A stretch of DNA of 64,000 bases from an uncultured Acidobacteriota bacterium. Lineage in GTDB: Bacteria > Acidobacteriota > JAQAZP01. The stretch is from assembly GCA_963836075.1 (NCBI GenBank), contig CAWIIB010000001.1, forward strand, positions 416,001 to 480,000, read 5' to 3'. A program made the translations under genes and the position numbers. This document shows, one piece after another, positions 26,029 through 35,875 of the stretch. The first letter of the stretch is position 1; each line of letters opens with the position of its first letter. Under the pieces are notes generated by a model. The model saw only the letters and a program-made list of their open reading frames with translations, did not search any database and was not told the origin of the DNA.

Positions 26029-26298
26029 ATGGCCAGGGAAGACGAAACAGGAAAAAACGAGGCGGTTGACTACTTCCGGGCCTACCTGGAAAACGGCGGC
26101 CTTTCCATGGAGCCCCGCTGCCGCTGCGGTGAGCAGCTGGACGAGCAATACCACTGCCCGGCCTGCGACCGGGACTGCCGCTGCACCACCTTCCTCTGCG
26201 ACGACGAAGAGACGCTGGCCGCGGTGAAACGCTTTATCGAGAAGCAGCCCAGCTTCCGCGACTTCCGGGCCCTGCTGGCCGGCGACAGTCGCGCCTGA
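26029..26298 (+). CDS. Small Cys-rich (putative Zn-binding) hypothetical protein
   Basis: RBS GGAGG; CRC...CPAC...CRC...C; host-like codon usage. Confidence 0.75.
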   Translation: MAREDETGKNEAVDYFRAYLENGGLSMEPRCRCGEQLDEQYHCPACDRDCRCTTFLCDDEETLAAVKRFIEKQPSFRDFRALLAGDSRA

Positions 26299-26329
26299 AC
26301 CTGGCCCGCCGCGCGGCCAGACGCCTGAC

Positions 26330-26361
26330 AAAAAGCCCCCCGGCGGACCGGGGGGCTTTTT
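26330..26361. terminator. Bidirectional intrinsic terminator
   Basis: AAAAAGCCCCCCGG-CGGA-CCGGGGGGCTTTTT. Confidence 0.9.
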
Positions 26362-26378
26362 AGTGTACCGTGGTCGGT

Positions 26379-27974
26379 TCAGACGGTTTTGATCACCACC
26401 GCGTTGGTCACCGCGGCCTGGGGGTGGATCGCCGCGTCGTCCTGGATAATCCCCTGCAGGGTGTAGAGCCGGCCGGCGGGAAGACCGCCGGCAACGTTGG
26501 CGATGGTGCACGGTGCCTGGGGGGCGAAACGGTTGGGCACCCCCAGGACCGACTGGTAGCCGAGGTTGTTCCAGATCAGCACCGGCTGGGGGGCCGCCCC
26601 GTTCATCGGCGTGGGCAGGCAGGTGTGCCCCAGGTCCCAGGGCTGGGTCTTGTGGCAGCAGGCCTCCGGCTGCCTGGTCCAGGCATAGAGCGCGTATTTC
26701 GACTGGGACCGCGAGGGCGGCGCGTTGAGGGTGATGACGATGGGCTGCCCGGCGGGCACCTCCACCACGCCGCCGTTGACCCCGGCGCTGCCGTTGACAA
26801 AGAGGACGTTGGGCACCAGGCCGGCTCCCTTGTTCACGTTGCCCCTCCAGCAGTCCTCACCAAAACGGGCGTCGCGCTCGATATACCAGATGTCGGTGTA
26901 GTTGCCCAGGCCGTCACAGTGCTCGTGCACGCCGAGGTTGTGGTACTCCATGGCCTCGTGCAGATACTGGTGCGAGGTCTCGGAAACACCGTGATGGGCC
27001 TGCTCGGCCAGCAGGTAGTCGACCATCACCGATTCGTGGGCCACCGGGTCGAAGGAGAGGAAGAGGCTGTTCGGTGTGGGGCCGCCGGGGAAGGTGTCCC
27101 ACTGCATCGGCTCGCCGTAGGGGCCGCCGTTATAGAGACCGAAGAGCGCGTCACCCAGCAACAGCCGGGTCTTGTCGCGGATGTGCGGGTTGACGTAAAA
27201 GTCGGAGAGGTTGGTGTGGATCGAGGAGTGCAGGCTCGACGGGCCGGGCTTCGAGGTGCCCAGATGGTTCTTGAAACACATGGTGGCCAGCACGTAGAAG
27301 TGGTCCTTGAACAGCGGCAGGTTGATCAGGTGCTGCGACTGGCTGACCACCAGGGGGATGTACTGGGTGGAGATGTTGCGGAAGGTCACCGGCGCGTCGT
27401 AGTCGGCCTGGGCCAGGGCGTCCCCCGACTCCACGTAGGTCACCCCGTAGGTCACCCGGTCCTTGACCCGCTGCTGGTGGATCGGACGTGAGCAGTCATA
27501 GACCCGGATATCGGCCGCCGGGATCCCCTTGATGTCCACCAGGCCGTGGCACAGGGCATTGATCGTGGGGGCGATGGCGTCCATCTCGTTGGACAAGCCG
27601 GCATAGTTGTTCAGATTGATCTTCACCGCCACCTTGTCGCCCGGCACGTAGGCGGCCATGATCACGTCCCAGGCATCGGCCACGGTGAAGGTGTTGGTCA
27701 GGCACTTGACCCCCACGTCGAGCATGTCGTCCACCACGCCCTGGTTGATGTGATCGAAGTAGTAGTCGGTGGAATAATCCCAGTAGGTGGCCCGGTCGTC
27801 ATGGACCCGCACAACCTTGGGCCGCGCCCGGCCGGCTGTGGCCGCCCCGGCCTTCTTCACGGAAAACGGCTGCACCACGGCAGCGCCCGCCGCTGCCGCC
27901 GCCCCGGTCTTCAGAAAGTCTCGCCGGTTGAGACACGCTTTCCGTTCTGACGCCCGATCATCCTTCTTGCTCAT
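26379..27974 (-). CDS. Tat-exported DUF362-domain protein with an additional C-terminal domain
   Basis: NRRDFLK Tat motif; DKVAVKIN, LINLPLFKDH...TMCFKNHLG and DPVA motifs; RBS GAGGTG before ATG 27974. Confidence 0.85.
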   Translation of the reverse strand: MSKKDDRASERKACLNRRDFLKTGAAAAAGAAVVQPFSVKKAGAATAGRARPKVVRVHDDRATYWDYSTDYYFDHINQGVVDDMLDVGVKCLTNTFTVADAWDVIMAAYVPGDKVAVKINLNNYAGLSNEMDAIAPTINALCHGLVDIKGIPAADIRVYDCSRPIHQQRVKDRVTYGVTYVESGDALAQADYDAPVTFRNISTQYIPLVVSQSQHLINLPLFKDHFYVLATMCFKNHLGTSKPGPSSLHSSIHTNLSDFYVNPHIRDKTRLLLGDALFGLYNGGPYGEPMQWDTFPGGPTPNSLFLSFDPVAHESVMVDYLLAEQAHHGVSETSHQYLHEAMEYHNLGVHEHCDGLGNYTDIWYIERDARFGEDCWRGNVNKGAGLVPNVLFVNGSAGVNGGVVEVPAGQPIVITLNAPPSRSQSKYALYAWTRQPEACCHKTQPWDLGHTCLPTPMNGAAPQPVLIWNNLGYQSVLGVPNRFAPQAPCTIANVAGGLPAGRLYTLQGIIQDDAAIHPQAAVTNAVVIKTV

Positions 27975-28146
27975 TGCCTGACACCTCTTCAAGTTAGTCC
28001 GCCGCCGCTTCAACAACCACGATATGAATGCCCGGTACACAGAACACACCGTCGCCGGCTACCGTTCATGATCGATTCCCGCAAGATGATCACGGGACGG
28101 AGAGGACCGCGCCGCGGCGATGTCCTCCTCCGAGGCCAGTTCATTA

Positions 28147-28175
28147 TTAATACTGTCCGGGCCCGGTTCTGTCAA
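28147..28175 (-). promoter_or_regulatory. Sigma70-type promoter
   Basis: TTGACA-N17-TATTAA on the minus strand. Confidence 0.55.
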
Positions 28176-28389
28176 GAAAAGTGCTGTTCATCCGGGAAAT
28201 CGAAGCCGTGGAGGCAGGAGAATCCTGTTGCGGAACGCAAAAAGCGCACTGCCCCATTGCCCGGTAACCGGGCCTGCACTATAATCCTGCCTTGATTTTA
28301 TCGCTCGATTTTCGGCAGGCTGATCCGCAGCCGGCGCCGGTTTACGAAATAGGCCCCCACCCTTGGGCCTGGCAGGAGGATTCGCAAGC

Positions 28390-29931
28390 ATGAGCAGCAC
28401 CGAAGTGAAGGACGTTCTCCAACAGCTTGGCCTGGAAGCCGTGAACCCCGGGGCCTGCGGCAAAAAGTGGTATCGCGAGAGCGCCCGCGACGAACTGGTA
28501 TCGGTCAATCCGGCCACCGGCGAACCGATCGCCAGCGTACTCCAGGCCAATGACGCCGACTTCGAGCGGGTGATGGCCGACGCCGAGGAGGCCTTCAAGT
28601 CGTTCCGCATGATGCCCGCCCCCCAGCGGGGAATGGTGGTCCACGACATGACCGTGGCCCTCACCGAATACAAGGAGCCCCTGGGCGCCCTGGTCAGCAT
28701 TGAGATGGGCAAGATCCTTTCCGAGGGTCTCGGTGAAGTGCAGGAGATGATCGACATCGGCCACCTGGCGGTGGGCCTCTCCCGCCAGCTCTACGGGCTG
28801 ACCACCCACTCCGAGCGGCCGCTGCACCGGATGTACGAACAGTGGCACCCCTACGGCACCATCGGCATCATCTCCGCCTTCAACTTCCCGGTGGCCGTCT
28901 GGGCCTGGAACGCGCTGATCGCCGCGGCTTGCGGCGACACCAGTATCTGGAAACCCTCCTCCTCCACCCCGCTCACCGCGGTGGCCACACAGAACATCGT
29001 CAACCGCGTGCTGGAGAAGCACGGTCTGCAGGGCATCATGACCACGGTGATCGGCAAGGGCAGCGTGGTGGGCGAGCAGTTGATCAACGACGAACGGATC
29101 CCGCTGGTCTCCTTCACCGGTTCCACCAGAATGGGAAAACGGGTGGGCGAAGTGGTCGGCGGCCGCCTGGGCAACACCATTCTCGAACTGGGCGGCAACA
29201 ACTGCATCATCGTCGCCCCCAGCGCCAACCTCGACATGGCCATGCGCTCGATCCTCTTCGGCGCCGTGGGCACCGCAGGCCAGCGCTGCACCTCCACCCG
29301 CCGGGTGATCATGCACAAGAGCGTGGCCACGGAGCTGACCGATAAGCTGGTGGCCACCTACCCCAAGATCCGCATCGGCAACCCGCTGGACCCCAACACC
29401 CTGATGGGCCCGCTGGTGGATCAGAGTGCGGTGGACACCATGATGGCCGCCCTGGCCGAGCTGAGGGAGAATGGCGCCGAGATCCTCTGCGGCGGCGAAG
29501 TTCTGAACGACGGCGAGTATGCCGGCGGGCACTTCGTCACCCCGTCCCTGGTCAAGGCGTCCAACGACCTCGACGTGGTGCAGCGCGAGACCTTTGCCCC
29601 GATCCTCTACCTCATGGAATACGACGAGATCGACGAGGCCATCGCCATGCACAACAACGTTCCCCAGGGACTGTCTTCCGCCATCTTCAGCAACAATCTG
29701 CTGGAGACCGAAGCCTTTCTCAGCCACCGCGGCTCGGACTGCGGCATCGCCAACGTCAACATCGGCACCTCGGGGGCCGAGATCGGCCTGGCCTTTGGCG
29801 GTGAAAAGGAAACCGGCGGCGGCCGCGAGTCGGGCTCCGACGCCTGGAAGGCCTACATGCGCCGGCAGTCCAACACCATCAACTGGGGCACCGAGCTGCC
29901 CCTGGCCCAGGGGGTGAAGTTCGACGTCTGA
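28390..29931 (+). CDS. Aldehyde dehydrogenase family 7 (alpha-aminoadipate semialdehyde / P6C dehydrogenase-like)
   Basis: GEVQEMIDI, SAFNFPVAV, LELGGNN, GTAGQRCT, ETFAP and GTSGAEIG...RESGSDAWK motifs. Confidence 0.95.
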   Translation: MSSTEVKDVLQQLGLEAVNPGACGKKWYRESARDELVSVNPATGEPIASVLQANDADFERVMADAEEAFKSFRMMPAPQRGMVVHDMTVALTEYKEPLGALVSIEMGKILSEGLGEVQEMIDIGHLAVGLSRQLYGLTTHSERPLHRMYEQWHPYGTIGIISAFNFPVAVWAWNALIAAACGDTSIWKPSSSTPLTAVATQNIVNRVLEKHGLQGIMTTVIGKGSVVGEQLINDERIPLVSFTGSTRMGKRVGEVVGGRLGNTILELGGNNCIIVAPSANLDMAMRSILFGAVGTAGQRCTSTRRVIMHKSVATELTDKLVATYPKIRIGNPLDPNTLMGPLVDQSAVDTMMAALAELRENGAEILCGGEVLNDGEYAGGHFVTPSLVKASNDLDVVQRETFAPILYLMEYDEIDEAIAMHNNVPQGLSSAIFSNNLLETEAFLSHRGSDCGIANVNIGTSGAEIGLAFGGEKETGGGRESGSDAWKAYMRRQSNTINWGTELPLAQGVKFDV

Positions 29932-29959
29932 TCGTTAGTTCCACTGATCCGTACAGACC

Positions 29960-30000
29960 AACGGCGCGGCGGGAGCTGATCCCCGTCGCGCCGTTTTTTT
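29960..30000 (+). terminator. Intrinsic terminator
   Basis: AACGGCGCGGCGGG...CCCGTCGCGCCG-T7. Confidence 0.8.
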
Positions 30001-30008
30001 CGTGAGGT

Positions 30009-32759
30009 TTAGAGCCTGCCGCCAGCCACGGTGGCCCCGTGGGTCCACCCTTCGGGGAACGCGTCAAAGGTGAGCCACTCGGTTACCTCTGCCCCGTCGT
30101 ATCGATAGGCCTTGACCGGTGTGCCCGCAGAGGGGTCCGGCCCCGCCCCCACCAGCAGCTCGTCGCGGCCGTCATGGTCCAGGTCCAGTCCGGCATGGAC
30201 ATTTGCCCCGTAGCGAACCACCGAAGCCGGCCAGGCAAAGAAACTGAGCCCGGGCAGCGGTGAAACCGCCTCCCCGTCATGGTTCCACCCCCGCACATGC
30301 GTCCCGAACACGGCGCCCGGACCGGGTGCGGTGACGATCTCGTCGAGGCCGTCTCCGTCCAGGTCGCCGCAGGCCACGTTGACCCCGTACTTGTGTGTGC
30401 CGTAAGCAAAAAAGCTCACTTCCGGCATGGGTGCAGCCGTTTCGCCGTCCACGTTCCACCCGCGGACATGGGGGCCGAAGATCGCCCCCGGCCCCGCTCC
30501 GGTGACGATCTCGTCGAAACCGTCCCCGTCCAGGTCGCCGCAGGCCACGTTCACCCCCCAGCGGTGCGTGCCGTAAGCCAGGAAGTTGACCCCGGACAAC
30601 GGTTCCACCCCTCCCGAGAGCAGGTAGCGAAAGCCCCGGACATGTGGGCCGAACACGGCGCCCGGGCCGGCCCCGGTGACGATCTCATCGTAGATATTCA
30701 GGTTCAGGTTGCCGGCGGCCACGTTCACCCCGAACCTGTTGGTGCCGTAGGCCAGAAAACTGAGCCCCTCCACCGGTACGCCGTCGCTGCGGAAGCCCCG
30801 CACATGCGGGCCGAAAACCGCGCCGGGACCCGGACCGGTGAGAATCTCGTCCATGCCGTCGGCGTCCACATCACCGCAGCTGACGTTGATGCCGTAGTGA
30901 GCGGGACCGTAGGCCTGGAACTGGCCGACCATCGGCGTGCCGCTTTCGGCTGCGAACATACGCACCACGGGCGGGTTGTCCACTGCAGGCCCGGGCCCGA
31001 CCAGGATCATGCGCCGCGCTTCTAAAACATCGGCCAGAACCCAGCCGTCCGGGTCGAGACTCACGGACAGCGGCTCACCGCTAACCGACAGGGCGTGGGT
31101 CTCCAGACGGGCCTCGTTCCAGATGACAAAGTCCTCATCGCCGTCGGCCGTGGTGACCCGCACATCCAGCGGCATGCGGTAGGTGGGCATGTACGGGGCC
31201 TGCGCCTGTTGCACGGTGAGCTGGAGGGTGTGGCTGCCCGGCTGGGCCGATTCGAGCTCCCAGTGGTATTCGTATTCCGGTCGGCCCACCTGGTAGAGCC
31301 AGGGATCGAAAAACCAGTCGAGGCTCCCGCCGTACCCGCTCTCGGCCGCAGCCACGAAATCTGCGGTGACCACGCTGCCGAATTCGTGGGCGGTGCGGTA
31401 GTCACGAAGCATCTGGAAAAAAGCCGCGTCGTCGTGGAAAATGCGCCGCAGCATGTGCATCACCCATGCGCCCTTGTAGTAGACCACGGAATGCCAGATA
31501 TATGGCGGCGATACAATGGGGCAGTCGTAACGCCACCAGCTCATCCGCGCCATGTAGTCCCGCAGAGCCTCGAACCCGCCGTCGCTCTCCCGCCACAACG
31601 CCTCGGCGTAGGTGGCGAGCCCCTCGTTGAGCCAGACGTGGTCCCAGTCAGCAACCGTGACACAGTCCCCCCACCACTGGTGGGCCAGTTCATGCACCAC
31701 CACCCAGTCATAGGAACCGCTACCGCTGATACATGACGGTGGCATGGAAGTCAGTGTCTGGTGCTCGATAGCCGGTCCGTCGCCCACCTCGCACATGCCG
31801 TACTTGTCTCCGATAAAGGGGTACTCGCCGAAAAGAGGGGCCAATGCTTCCATGGCTGGAACGGTCACCGACCACTCGACAATGGCATCGTCAAGGTCCT
31901 CGGGCCAGGCAAAACTGATGATCGGCGAACTGCCCCCCGGTCCCGCGTAGACGTCCTCCACCAGCTCGTAGTTGGTGACAGCGAGGTTGATCAGGTAGGG
32001 GGCGATGGGGAAATCGTGTTCCCAGAAGAACGTCCTCGTCCCGTCGCCGTTGTTTGTCATGCCGGTCTGCAGCCCGTTGGCGCAGGCCGTCATGGTGTCG
32101 GGCACGGTGAGCGCGCAGGAGAATGTGCTCTTGTCGGCCTGGTCCTCCTTGCAGGCCCGCCAGTAGTGGCTGATCGGGATCACGGTGTCCCATCCAGTGG
32201 AATAGGGCGTACTCATGGTGTAGCCGATGGGCACGCCATCGTGCTTCTTGAACTGGAATGCTTTGGTATCCCCCATGGACACCGGTGTGCCGTTGTAGGC
32301 CACTGCCACCTCCAGCGGTGTTCCAGCGGGCTGTGGGGCCCCCAGGTCCACCACCACCTGCTCGTCCAGCTGTGTGTAAGGCTTCGGGACACCGTCCACG
32401 GTCACGGCAGTGACGGTGAGGGCGTTGTTCAGGTCCACCGGCAATGTGTCCAGCCCGGCCTGGTTGACGGTCACCGAAAGGGTTGCGGTGCAGTCGATGG
32501 TCTGTGTGGTGAAATCAATTGCCAGGGCCAGGTCGCAGTGGTCAACGTCGTAGCCGTAGTCGGGATTCCGGTTCAACCAGGCCAGCAGGGATGCGTCGGG
32601 AGCTTCAAACTCGGGGATGCGCTCCACCGTCCAGAGCAGGCTGCGGTCCGCGACCGGCCGCTCAGCGGATGGTTTCCGCGGCGTTTCCGTGCCCGGGGCG
32701 GACCAGGCACCGATGGTGAGGAGCAGGCAAACCGCCTGAGTCCTTAGAAGCCAAGTCAT
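30009..32759 (-). CDS. Secreted M1-family zinc aminopeptidase with C-terminal FG-GAP-like propeller
   Basis: Signal peptide; AIEHQ, HELAHQWWG...WLNEG and YYKGAW motifs; GDxDGDGxDEIVTGxGPG repeats. Confidence 0.93.
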   Translation of the reverse strand: MTWLLRTQAVCLLLTIGAWSAPGTETPRKPSAERPVADRSLLWTVERIPEFEAPDASLLAWLNRNPDYGYDVDHCDLALAIDFTTQTIDCTATLSVTVNQAGLDTLPVDLNNALTVTAVTVDGVPKPYTQLDEQVVVDLGAPQPAGTPLEVAVAYNGTPVSMGDTKAFQFKKHDGVPIGYTMSTPYSTGWDTVIPISHYWRACKEDQADKSTFSCALTVPDTMTACANGLQTGMTNNGDGTRTFFWEHDFPIAPYLINLAVTNYELVEDVYAGPGGSSPIISFAWPEDLDDAIVEWSVTVPAMEALAPLFGEYPFIGDKYGMCEVGDGPAIEHQTLTSMPPSCISGSGSYDWVVVHELAHQWWGDCVTVADWDHVWLNEGLATYAEALWRESDGGFEALRDYMARMSWWRYDCPIVSPPYIWHSVVYYKGAWVMHMLRRIFHDDAAFFQMLRDYRTAHEFGSVVTADFVAAAESGYGGSLDWFFDPWLYQVGRPEYEYHWELESAQPGSHTLQLTVQQAQAPYMPTYRMPLDVRVTTADGDEDFVIWNEARLETHALSVSGEPLSVSLDPDGWVLADVLEARRMILVGPGPAVDNPPVVRMFAAESGTPMVGQFQAYGPAHYGINVSCGDVDADGMDEILTGPGPGAVFGPHVRGFRSDGVPVEGLSFLAYGTNRFGVNVAAGNLNLNIYDEIVTGAGPGAVFGPHVRGFRYLLSGGVEPLSGVNFLAYGTHRWGVNVACGDLDGDGFDEIVTGAGPGAIFGPHVRGWNVDGETAAPMPEVSFFAYGTHKYGVNVACGDLDGDGLDEIVTAPGPGAVFGTHVRGWNHDGEAVSPLPGLSFFAWPASVVRYGANVHAGLDLDHDGRDELLVGAGPDPSAGTPVKAYRYDGAEVTEWLTFDAFPEGWTHGATVAGGRL

Positions 32760-32894
32760 GGGATCTCCCTGCGCTTTGTGCTGCGGGTGGAATGACCGTC
32801 TCCTGAGGAAATTATGCCATACGGGCGTGCCAAGCGTTCAACTTTCTCTGATCCAGGTTAGGGCCCCGGATCTGCGGCGGCATCTCTCACTCCC

Positions 32895-32923
32895 TTGACA
32901 AAAGCGACCGTTCGTTTTAATAA
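32895..32923 (+). promoter_or_regulatory. Sigma70-type promoter with an imperfect palindrome in the spacer (possible repressor site)
   Basis: TTGACA-AAAGCGACCGTTCGTTT-TAATAA. Confidence 0.55.
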
Positions 32924-32948
32924 CGGTTCACTTCGAAAGGAAACCATC

Positions 32949-34157
32949 ATGCTATACCGCACAGTGCCGAAAAACGGGGACGAACTCTCCATCCTCGGCT
33001 TCGGGGCCATGCGCCTGCCTCTCTTGAAGAACGGCTCCATCGACGCGCCAAGGGCCATCCGCCAGATCCGGAGCGCCATCGATGGCGGCGTCAACTACAT
33101 CGACACGGCCTGGCCCTATCACGGCGGCCACAGCGAGCCGCTGGTGGGCCTGGCCCTGGCCGGCGGCTACCGCCAGAAGGTCAGGCTGGCGACAAAACTG
33201 CCCTCCTGGCTTGTCGAAAAACGCGAAGACATGGACCGCTACCTTGACCGGCAGCTGGAACGTCTGGGCAGTGACCGCATCGACTACTACCTGGTCCACG
33301 CCCTGGCCGGACCCCAGTGGGACAGGATGGAGGGGCTGGGAGTGGCTGCATTCCTGGACAGTGCCCTGTCCGACGCGCGGATCGTCAACGCCGGGTTCTC
33401 TTTCCACGGCCGTCCGGACCACTTCGCCCCCATCGTGGACGCCTACCCCTGGACCTTCTGCCAGATCCAGTACAACTACCTCGACGAGGAGATGCAGGCC
33501 GGCACGGCCGGTCTGGAGTATGCGGCAGCAAAAGGCCTCGGCGTAATCGCCATGGAGCCGCTGCGCGGCGGGACCCTCTCCCATCCGGCTCCCCCGCCGG
33601 CGGTGCAGGCGATCTGGGACGAGGCGACCACGAAACGCACTCCGGCGGAGTGGGCCCTGCGCTGGGTCTGGGACCGGCCGGAGGTCACCCTGGTGCTTTC
33701 CGGCATGAATGTGGAGGCCCACATCGCCGAGAACATCGCCATTGCCGGTGAAGCGCAGCCGAACTCGCTCACCCCGGCGGAACACGATCTGGTCCGGCGG
33801 GCGGCTGAGAAATACCGCGACCTGATGGCCGTCGGCTGCACCGGCTGCGGCTACTGCATGCCCTGCCCCTCGGGGGTGATGATTCCCGACTGCTTCGATG
33901 TCCACAACTCTCTGTCGATGTACGGTGATGCCGTGGCGGCCGGTTTCAGCTATGCCCTGCGGATGTGCGGCGAACTGTCGGGACACAACCCGGGGTTTGC
34001 CTCACAGTGCACCGAGTGCGGGGAGTGCCTGGAAAAGTGCCCGCAACAGATCGAGATCCCGGAGATGCTGGCCAATGTGGCCGTGGCCCTGGAGGGCCCG
34101 GACCTGGACCACCGCGTGGCCACGGTCAAGGGGATGCTGAGCGGCGAAACCGGGTAG
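32949..34157 (+). CDS. Aldo/keto reductase with C-terminal 4Fe-4S dicluster domain
   Basis: LGFGAMRLP, IDTAWPY, ATKLP, MEPLRGG, CTGCGYCMPCP and CTECGECLEKCP motifs. Confidence 0.93.
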   Translation: MLYRTVPKNGDELSILGFGAMRLPLLKNGSIDAPRAIRQIRSAIDGGVNYIDTAWPYHGGHSEPLVGLALAGGYRQKVRLATKLPSWLVEKREDMDRYLDRQLERLGSDRIDYYLVHALAGPQWDRMEGLGVAAFLDSALSDARIVNAGFSFHGRPDHFAPIVDAYPWTFCQIQYNYLDEEMQAGTAGLEYAAAKGLGVIAMEPLRGGTLSHPAPPPAVQAIWDEATTKRTPAEWALRWVWDRPEVTLVLSGMNVEAHIAENIAIAGEAQPNSLTPAEHDLVRRAAEKYRDLMAVGCTGCGYCMPCPSGVMIPDCFDVHNSLSMYGDAVAAGFSYALRMCGELSGHNPGFASQCTECGECLEKCPQQIEIPEMLANVAVALEGPDLDHRVATVKGMLSGETG

Positions 34158-34182
34158 CGCCCGGGAGGCCAAACGCGACGGA

Positions 34183-35766
34183 TCACCGGCAGGGGGAGCC
34201 GGTTCCGTCCATACGGTAGCGCACGGCATACCAGGTGTGCACCGCCGTCCCAAGGTCTTGCGGCACGGGGGCGTCGATAACCACAAAACCCTGCTCCGGG
34301 CCGTAGCGGAGCTCGGATACTTCCTCAGGCAGAAAACCGTCGATACGTGGCGGGAGGCGGTGGTTCGAGACGAGCCAGAACGACCCGCAGGTCAGCAGGT
34401 CATCCCGGGTGAAGCAGCACCACTCGGCGCGCCGCACGTACTCCGAGGGTCGGGCCAGCCCGGGGTACTGCGCCACCACCAGGCCGGGACTGTAAAAACG
34501 GATCATCGAGGTGGTGGGCTTCTCGCCGGCGAGGATCGGGCCGTCCAGGCCCCGGACATACTGCGCCAGCTGCGGCCAGCCGTGCATCTCCCGCAGGATC
34601 CGGTTGCGCCCGCCCGGTGCACCCACCGGGTGGAAGGAGTAGATCGCCAGGCCCAGGCAAAGCGCCACGTTGACCGCGGCACAGATCCTGACCTGCCGGG
34701 GCCGGGACGCGCCAAAGCCGGCCAGCAGCACCGCCGCCCCCACGGTGTAGACCGCCGCCCAGTTGGCCCCCACCGGGGAGAACAGGCTCACCGCCCCGAA
34801 GAAGAGCAGTGGCACCCATACCGCGGCGATCAACAACGGCCGGAGTTGCCGTTGCACCTCCACCCGGGCCGCGGGCCGCCGTCGCAGGGCCAGGAACAGC
34901 CAGTTGAGAATGGTGACCAGCAACGCCCCCCAGACCAGCAGCAAGCCACCGGCATAGCGCGGGAGGCCGTGCAGAAATACCGAGGACCGCTCCCCTCCCT
35001 TGGCAAGCTGCGGTGGTCGGTCAGGGGCTGGCAGAACAGGCGCCGGCAGGTCGCCGGGGATGTGAAAGCCCGGGTCATTGGCGCCCAGAAAGCCGTGCTT
35101 GAGCTGCATGCGGATGCTGACCCACTGGTTGTCGGCGTTCCAGGCCAGGTGCGGCGACAGCACCAGCAGCGCGACGAGCAGCCCGGCCCAGGGCCAGGGC
35201 GTGCGCAGGGCTTTGCGGTCCGACCGCAGGAGAGCCCAGAGAAACACCGGGCCGATGAGCACCATGATGTACTTGCCCAGCATTCCGAGGCCGGCGGCGA
35301 GGCCGGCGGTGACCCAGCGTTTCCTCTGGCCGGCGATGGCCGCGGCCCCCTCGTGAAGCGCGGCGCACCAGGCGGTGATGAGCACGGCGTCCGGTGTGGT
35401 AAGCACGCCGCCCAGAAGCATGAAACCGTTCAGCTGGGCCAGCAGCAGGCCGGAAAGGAAGGCCGGGCCGCCGGTGATGCCGGCCTTGCGCAGCAGACCC
35501 ACGGTGAAGGGGAAGGCCAGGGCTGCGGCCAGCATCGACCCGGCCCGGCCGGCCAGGGCCGACGAGGGGAAGAGCACGGAGAGCGCGTTGACCCAGGCGA
35601 TGAGCGGCGGGTGGTCGAAATAGCCCCAGTCGAGGGCCTTGCTCCACTGGAGGTAGTAGGCCTCGTCCATGATGATCGGCGCCAGCGCGGCCATGGCCAG
35701 CCGGGTCAGCACCACCACGGCGAAGACGACGAGCGTGGAACGTCGTGCTGTGAGTCGTCCGGTCAG
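34183..35766 (-). CDS. ArnT/GT39-like GT-C membrane glycosyltransferase (possible CTG start)
   Basis: DEAYY...WGYFDHPPL, TPD and GKY motifs; many TM helices; frame is open back to CTG 35766, 6 nt after GGGAGG. Confidence 0.88.
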   Translation of the reverse strand: MTGRLTARRSTLVVFAVVVLTRLAMAALAPIIMDEAYYLQWSKALDWGYFDHPPLIAWVNALSVLFPSSALAGRAGSMLAAALAFPFTVGLLRKAGITGGPAFLSGLLLAQLNGFMLLGGVLTTPDAVLITAWCAALHEGAAAIAGQRKRWVTAGLAAGLGMLGKYIMVLIGPVFLWALLRSDRKALRTPWPWAGLLVALLVLSPHLAWNADNQWVSIRMQLKHGFLGANDPGFHIPGDLPAPVLPAPDRPPQLAKGGERSSVFLHGLPRYAGGLLLVWGALLVTILNWLFLALRRRPAARVEVQRQLRPLLIAAVWVPLLFFGAVSLFSPVGANWAAVYTVGAAVLLAGFGASRPRQVRICAAVNVALCLGLAIYSFHPVGAPGGRNRILREMHGWPQLAQYVRGLDGPILAGEKPTTSMIRFYSPGLVVAQYPGLARPSEYVRRAEWCCFTRDDLLTCGSFWLVSNHRLPPRIDGFLPEEVSELRYGPEQGFVVIDAPVPQDLGTAVHTWYAVRYRMDGTGSPCR

Positions 35767-35875
35767 ACCGAGCCTCCCTGTTCGGTGGGGATCCTTGATC
35801 CGCTAGAATATCACGGTTTGCAGCAGGACCGGACCCCTCGCCTTTGCTCTGCCCAACCACCGGCAGTGGCCCGGG

